From positions 13,775 through 77,774 of the forward strand of contig JAAWGF010000003.1 in NCBI GenBank assembly GCA_022795155.1: a stretch of DNA of 64,000 bases. Reading direction: 5' to 3'. The notes beneath the pieces were generated by a model. The model was not told where the DNA came from. It did not search any database and saw nothing but the letters and a program-made list of their open reading frames with translations. Origin of the DNA: Bacilli bacterium. Its GTDB lineage: Bacteria > Bacillota_I > Bacilli_A > RF39 > UBA660. Below, one piece after another: positions 58,967 to 64,000 of the stretch. The position numbers and the translations under genes are program-made. Position 1 is the stretch's first letter. Each line of letters opens with the position of its first letter.

Positions 58967-61444
58967 TTATCTACGCTTTCCTAAATCATTATTTTCTTCA
59001 AAAGATATATTGCTATAATTTTCTGGATGACTTAATTTATCTTTTTCAATATAAGATTTACTAAAATAGCCTTTTGTTTCAGGAATATAATAATTATTCA
59101 TGTAATTATTAGCAATATTATCATAAAATCCATAATCATTAGAATCATATACAAAATCATATGTCTTATTATTATACATATTATATAAATCAAATAAAGT
59201 AATATTTAAGTTTCTTTTCCTATGAGGGATATCCTCTTCATATAGTATTGAATCTTCAAAACAATTCATAGCATTTTCTATGTCATCATAACCAAATAAA
59301 GATAATTTTTCTCTTATTAATTTATCACTGCCTGTAAAATAGTAATATTTTAATGATTCACTGCCAACTAACTCCATTAAAATTTTTGTTGCCTTTTCTT
59401 CCATTAACGAAAGTTCATCTTTTTTAGACAATTCTATTCCATAATATTCTTCTAATATAATATTAATACATGCGTTATATAAAATGTAATTACTGTAATT
59501 TTCTGATAACAGTTTTACAAATTGTTCTACTTTCTCTTTTTTATAAACATCAGCATATAGAAGGTTATTTTTAGAAGCATATTGTTTACAATTATTTTCA
59601 CTTATTACTATTTCACAGTTTTCTAAATCAATAGCGCTAATTCTATAAGGAAATTTATCATTTGAATCCGATCCTATTATACATCTATCATCATTAGTTA
59701 TTCGCAAATTTTTTAAACATTTTATAATATTATAATGATTATAATATAATTCAACATTACCATTTTCACTTATTCTATCATTTAAATACATCCTTGTATA
59801 ATAAATATAATCGTTGATTAATTCTTCATTAAAAAGGATATCTTTTTCCTCATTACTTAAATTTTGATTGTTATAAAATGCTTGTTTTAAAGTGAAAAAG
59901 TCCAAATCATTAAGTAAATCTTCTGTATCTACTCTAACTGAGATTTGATTATAAGCAGGGTGATAAGTATTTGTTGCTAACTTATAATTTAATGCATCGT
60001 ACAAATCATCTTCATTTTTTGGCTTATCACAATTATTAAAATAATATTTACTAAAAGTATAATCTAAAGCCTCTAAATACTTATTAATAGCTGAGTTGGC
60101 TCTCATTGAACAATTGTATTTATTGTAGTAAACGAATGAATAAATTGTTTTCATATTACTTATATTTTGCTGCCACTGTTCTTCAGTAATAGTTTTGCCT
60201 ATGGAACCTTCTGTTCTCTTATATATTTCTAGTAATTTGTTTACATCTTCTATAGGTAGATACTTTTCTAATTCTTCTTTAATTGGCTCAATACTACCTG
60301 TAAAGTTATACCTTATTACTGGTTCTTTACCAATGATTTCCATTAAAATAGCAGTATATTTAGGTTTGGTATTATCAATAAATGAATATTTATTCATTAA
60401 ACTAACTGTTTTTGATGACTCTCCAATCATTTCATAATCTCCAATATTTTTATTATATTCATATTCTGGAGATGTTACAACACTTTCTGTTTTATGAAAT
60501 TCTTTGCCCATAATGGTAGCACAACCTTCAAATAAAAAAGAATATTCGTTAGGTGGTTGAAAAAGATGCGAAAACTCATGTAACATAACTTCTTTATATT
60601 CTTCATAAAAATTTTCTCCATTAGACCTTTTAATTAAATCAAGATTGAGGCTTAATGTATAATCATTTGAATTCCATGTGCCTAATAGTTTTTCTCCCAT
60701 ATCTTTTTCTACAATCGTAAAATTTGGCAATATAATATTATATAGCTTAGCAGCATATTCTTTATTTTCATTTACATATTGACTTGCAAATTCAATAATA
60801 CCACTATTTAATAAAATTCCCTTATTACTATCATTTATATTTTTATTATTTTTAATAAGATCTGAAATTATCTCAGTTGTTAATGTTGGTGTATTATTCA
60901 TCAGCTCTGCTAAATAAATAGATTGCTCACTATCTATTTCTATAGAATCAGATATTGCTATCGATTCAATAGGTGGATTATTATCTATCAACTGATCAAG
61001 TTTCGAAATAAAATTACATTCAGCAAATATTAAAAGAGAAAGACTTGTTACTCTCAAAAGTCTAACGGTATTATCATCTCGATCTAATAAATTATCAGTA
61101 TATTTAATGTTCCTATTATCAGCAATAATGACATCTTCAAAATTATTTATAAATAAATTAAAATTTTCTTTCCCATTTAAAAAGTAATGTTTTAAATTAG
61201 TATCTAAATCTAAAATAACATCATAACTATGATTATCTTTTTCATAATCACCAATTTTTTTAGCATTATTTCCAATTTTTAATTTATTTAATTCTTTAAA
61301 TACATCTTCATTTAAAGGATAAAAATGATTATTTTCATATATATAACCATATATTTTTGGATGTTCAGTATTTATATTATCACTAAAAATATTATAAATT
61401 CTATTATTTGCTGTTAAGCGCATTAATTCCATATCATTCACCAT
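58967..61444 (-). CDS. Large (825 aa) hypothetical protein with HExxH zinc-metallopeptidase-like motif
   Basis: No signal peptide or TM; a single HEFSH motif (EVMLHEFSHLFQPP) roughly 300 aa from the N-terminus; N/Y/D-rich; no family recognised. Confidence 0.45.
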   Translation of the reverse strand: MVNDMELMRLTANNRIYNIFSDNINTEHPKIYGYIYENNHFYPLNEDVFKELNKLKIGNNAKKIGDYEKDNHSYDVILDLDTNLKHYFLNGKENFNLFINNFEDVIIADNRNIKYTDNLLDRDDNTVRLLRVTSLSLLIFAECNFISKLDQLIDNNPPIESIAISDSIEIDSEQSIYLAELMNNTPTLTTEIISDLIKNNKNINDSNKGILLNSGIIEFASQYVNENKEYAAKLYNIILPNFTIVEKDMGEKLLGTWNSNDYTLSLNLDLIKRSNGENFYEEYKEVMLHEFSHLFQPPNEYSFLFEGCATIMGKEFHKTESVVTSPEYEYNKNIGDYEMIGESSKTVSLMNKYSFIDNTKPKYTAILMEIIGKEPVIRYNFTGSIEPIKEELEKYLPIEDVNKLLEIYKRTEGSIGKTITEEQWQQNISNMKTIYSFVYYNKYNCSMRANSAINKYLEALDYTFSKYYFNNCDKPKNEDDLYDALNYKLATNTYHPAYNQISVRVDTEDLLNDLDFFTLKQAFYNNQNLSNEEKDILFNEELINDYIYYTRMYLNDRISENGNVELYYNHYNIIKCLKNLRITNDDRCIIGSDSNDKFPYRISAIDLENCEIVISENNCKQYASKNNLLYADVYKKEKVEQFVKLLSENYSNYILYNACINIILEEYYGIELSKKDELSLMEEKATKILMELVGSESLKYYYFTGSDKLIREKLSLFGYDDIENAMNCFEDSILYEEDIPHRKRNLNITLFDLYNMYNNKTYDFVYDSNDYGFYDNIANNYMNNYYIPETKGYFSKSYIEKDKLSHPENYSNISFEENNDLGKRR

Positions 61445-61515
61445 TTTAATTTTACTACATTAAAATTTTTTTAGCAAATTATAAAAGAAAAATGATAACA
61501 TTGAATATTATCATT

Positions 61516-63336
61516 TTACGCTTCATTAAAATATCTATCATACCAAACTAAGAAAATATAGATTGTCCATACCTTTCGACTATTATCATATTTACTATTC
61601 TTATGGTCATCTAATAGTTTAACAATTTCGTTAGTATTAAAAAATTCACTAGCGTCTAAAAATCTTGTCTTAATTTTATTATAAATATCATCTTCTTTAA
61701 TCCAATTTCTAATTGGTACTGGAAAACCTAATTTCTTTTTATTAGAAACTTTATCATCTAATACTTCATTTGCAACTTTCCTAAAGCATTTTTTAGTTGT
61801 ATTTTTATCTACTTTATATTTAGTTGGTAAATGTCTTGCATAATCAATTACAATTCTGTCTAGATATGGTACTCTAACCTCTAAAGAATTAGCCATACTC
61901 ATTTTATCTGCTTTAAGCAAAATATCGCCAATTAACCAAAAATTAAAGTCTATATATTGCATTTTTATAACATCATCTTTTCCTTTAACTTTTTCATAAT
62001 ATGGTTTAGTTAAATGTTGATAACCATTTTTAATTGGTTTATAAGCTAATATTTTTTTTACTTCTTTATTATTGAATATAAAAGCATTTCCTACATATCT
62101 ATCTTCCAATTTTTGTCCACGCCTTATTAAAAAATTAATACCTCTTTTATGTTTAAATATAGAAGCACAACTTCCAATTAATTTTCTAATTGGATAAGGA
62201 ATTTTATAATACCAACTCCATGTATATGGCTCTGAATAAATATTATAACCACCAAAAATTTCATCGGCTCCTTCACCAGATAATGAAACCTTAACATTTT
62301 GACTAGCAATATTAGCAACAAAATATAAAGCAATACATGATGGATCAGCCAATGGTTCATCCATATAATACATAATATCAGAAATACTATCAAAGTACTC
62401 TTCCTTAGTTATAACTTTACTAATATTTTTTGTGTTAATCTTTCCTGATAAATCTTTAGCGTAATCTATTTCACTATAATTTTTATTTTCAAAACCTACT
62501 GTGAATGTTTTGTCCACATTGCTTAAAGTCGCAATTAAGGAAGAATCAACTCCGCTTGATAAAAATGAACCAACCTCCACATCACTTACTTTATGGGCTT
62601 TAATCGAATCATCTAAATGTTCTCTAATTCCCTTTTCCCATTCTTCGAGTGTTTTGCTATCATCAGCTTCTAATTCTAATTCATAATACTTGCTTATTTC
62701 CAATTTCTGATCTTTATATTTTAAATAATGCCCTGGTCTTAATTTATAAACATTTTTGAAAAACGTTTCTTCACCCACACTATATTGAAAAGTTAAATAA
62801 CTTTCTAGCATTTCTTTATTTAATTCTTTTTTAAAATTAGGATGCGCTAAAAAGCTTTTTATTTCTGATGAAAACAAAAATTCATCAGTTGTCAAATAGT
62901 AATAAAAGGGTTTAATTCCATAAAAATCTCGAGCTGCAAACACTTCTTTTAGATTAGTATCATAAATTACAAAGGCAAACATGCCACGTAGTTTCAATAA
63001 TATTTCTTCATTGTATTCTTCATATCCATGTAGAATAACTTCTGTATCAGCATTAGTTTTAAATGTATGACCTTTGGCAATCAGTTCCTCTTTAATTTCT
63101 TGATAGTTATAAATTTCACCATTAAAAACAATAACCTTGGTATTATCCTCATTATAAATGGGTTGTGAGCCAGTATCTAAATCAATAATACTAAGACGAC
63201 GAAATCCTAAAGCGACCTCAGAATCACAAAAATAGCCATCAGAATCTGGTCCACGATGTTTAATTAAGTCAGCCATATCTTTAACAATTTTTTTCTTATT
63301 TTTTTCTTTGTCGACAAAACCTACAAAACCACACAT
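61516..63336 (-). CDS. asnB: Asparagine synthetase B (glutamine-hydrolysing)
   Basis: 606 aa; N-terminal MCGF (Cys2 nucleophile), SGGVDSS PP-loop. Confidence 0.92.
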   Translation of the reverse strand: MCGFVGFVDKEKNKKKIVKDMADLIKHRGPDSDGYFCDSEVALGFRRLSIIDLDTGSQPIYNEDNTKVIVFNGEIYNYQEIKEELIAKGHTFKTNADTEVILHGYEEYNEEILLKLRGMFAFVIYDTNLKEVFAARDFYGIKPFYYYLTTDEFLFSSEIKSFLAHPNFKKELNKEMLESYLTFQYSVGEETFFKNVYKLRPGHYLKYKDQKLEISKYYELELEADDSKTLEEWEKGIREHLDDSIKAHKVSDVEVGSFLSSGVDSSLIATLSNVDKTFTVGFENKNYSEIDYAKDLSGKINTKNISKVITKEEYFDSISDIMYYMDEPLADPSCIALYFVANIASQNVKVSLSGEGADEIFGGYNIYSEPYTWSWYYKIPYPIRKLIGSCASIFKHKRGINFLIRRGQKLEDRYVGNAFIFNNKEVKKILAYKPIKNGYQHLTKPYYEKVKGKDDVIKMQYIDFNFWLIGDILLKADKMSMANSLEVRVPYLDRIVIDYARHLPTKYKVDKNTTKKCFRKVANEVLDDKVSNKKKLGFPVPIRNWIKEDDIYNKIKTRFLDASEFFNTNEIVKLLDDHKNSKYDNSRKVWTIYIFLVWYDRYFNEA

Positions 63337-63519
63337 TTAAAACACCTCCATAGTGAATATATTTATATTCTAGCACATAAAAATACAAAATTCTAGGTAT
63401 AAACATATATTTACATGTAAAAGAAAAGCTAAAAATATTATGACCAATAACATAAATTTTATTAAAAAATAGAATATAAATACATTTTTAGACCAATATA
63501 TATTTAAGGAGAGTAAATT

Positions 63520-63723
63520 ATGCAAATAGATATAAGAGAAAGTATTAAAAAAAATTTCAAGGATGTAAGTACTAATGATATAAAATTGTCTATTGAAGAG
63601 GCTATATCAGAAAATGACGAAATAACATTACCAGGATTAGGGGTTTTTTTTGAAACTTTATGGAAAAGTTCAACAGATAAACAAAAAGAAGAAATCTTAA
63701 ATAAAATTAAAAAAAATATATAA
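63520..63723 (+). CDS. sspI: Small acid-soluble spore protein I
   Basis: 67 aa; ITLPGLGVFFETLW matches SspI (MLPGLGVLFEVIW). Confidence 0.75.
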   Translation: MQIDIRESIKKNFKDVSTNDIKLSIEEAISENDEITLPGLGVFFETLWKSSTDKQKEEILNKIKKNI

Positions 63724-63752
63724 AAAAGACTAGATACCTTGTACCTGGCCTT

Positions 63753-64000
63753 TTATTTTATCATAAAGCTAACACCCTTCCTCTCATTTTTTACGATAAT
63801 TTCATAACCCAGAAGCGCTACTGTCTTTTTAACAATTGATAATCCAAAACCAAATTGTCCTTTAATGCCTTTAGTATATGGAGTGAATATATCATCTAAG
63901 ACATTTTCATTTATATTTGGTCCATCATTATAAAATATAATTTTTCCATTTTTTATAGTAATTTTAATTAATTTTTCTGCATAGCGCATGAAATTATTTA
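63753..64000 (-). CDS. Sensor histidine kinase, C-terminal HATPase_c fragment (partial; gene continues beyond window end)
   Basis: YNDGPNI...GFGLSIVKKTVALLGYEIIVKNERKGVSFMIK are the G1/G2-box ends of a histidine kinase. Confidence 0.6.
   Translation of the reverse strand, partial: NNFMRYAEKLIKITIKNGKIIFYNDGPNINENVLDDIFTPYTKGIKGQFGFGLSIVKKTVALLGYEIIVKNERKGVSFMIK

Noticed and set aside
62178-62393. 71-aa minus-strand ORF nested in asnB in another frame
   Set aside because: Nested in a different frame within a strongly supported CDS; hydrophobic low-complexity artefact.
1-64000. CRISPR arrays, rRNA, tRNA, tmRNA, RNase P RNA
   Set aside because: Scanned intergenic regions for regularly spaced direct repeats, cloverleaf-compatible GC-rich stems and the conserved tmRNA/RNase P/SRP motifs. 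None found. The only repeats are the 120-bp yigZ-tail pair.

Overview
Very AT-rich chromosomal segment that reads as a low-GC, endospore-forming Firmicute. Almost all genes lie on the minus strand and are core housekeeping or sporulation genes. Housekeeping genes: leuS, glyQS, prfA-prmC, prfB (with its programmed +1 frameshift, reconstructed here), ftsE-ftsX, der, engB, uvrC, ybeY, dgkA, trmB, murE-murF, asnB and comEA-comEC. Sporulation or septation genes: spoIVA (partial at the window start), spoVG, yabP-yabQ-divIC, yabG-veg, yqfC-yqfD, a yunB-like gene and sspI. Two T-box riboswitch leaders are recognisable from their conserved antiterminator sequences: a Leu-type (UGGU bulge, CUU specifier) in front of a small membrane ORF plus leuS, and a Gly-type (UGGA bulge) in front of glyQS. 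The accessory or odd content worth a second look is listed here. (1) A two-gene cassette of a short HipA C-terminal-like kinase overlapping a DUF3037-like partner, wedged between the leuS operon and a GH31 hydrolase. (2) A second, orphan HipA_C-like kinase directly preceded by a G8 homopolymer. (3) A dinJ-yafQ-type toxin-antitoxin module inserted at the 3' end of yigZ, flanked by roughly 120 bp direct repeats that duplicate the yigZ tail. (4) A family-2 glycosyltransferase pseudogene with an in-frame TAA, fused in frame to a sortase-type NPKT cell-wall-anchor tail. (5) A divergent sortase and NPKT-substrate pair. (6) A MurF whose N-terminal domain is replaced by a polytopic membrane segment. 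(7) An 825-aa HExxH protein of unknown function. (8) Two ORF-free stretches of about 0.7 and 0.9 kb containing hairpins and decayed small ORFs. No rRNA, tRNA or CRISPR array is seen.
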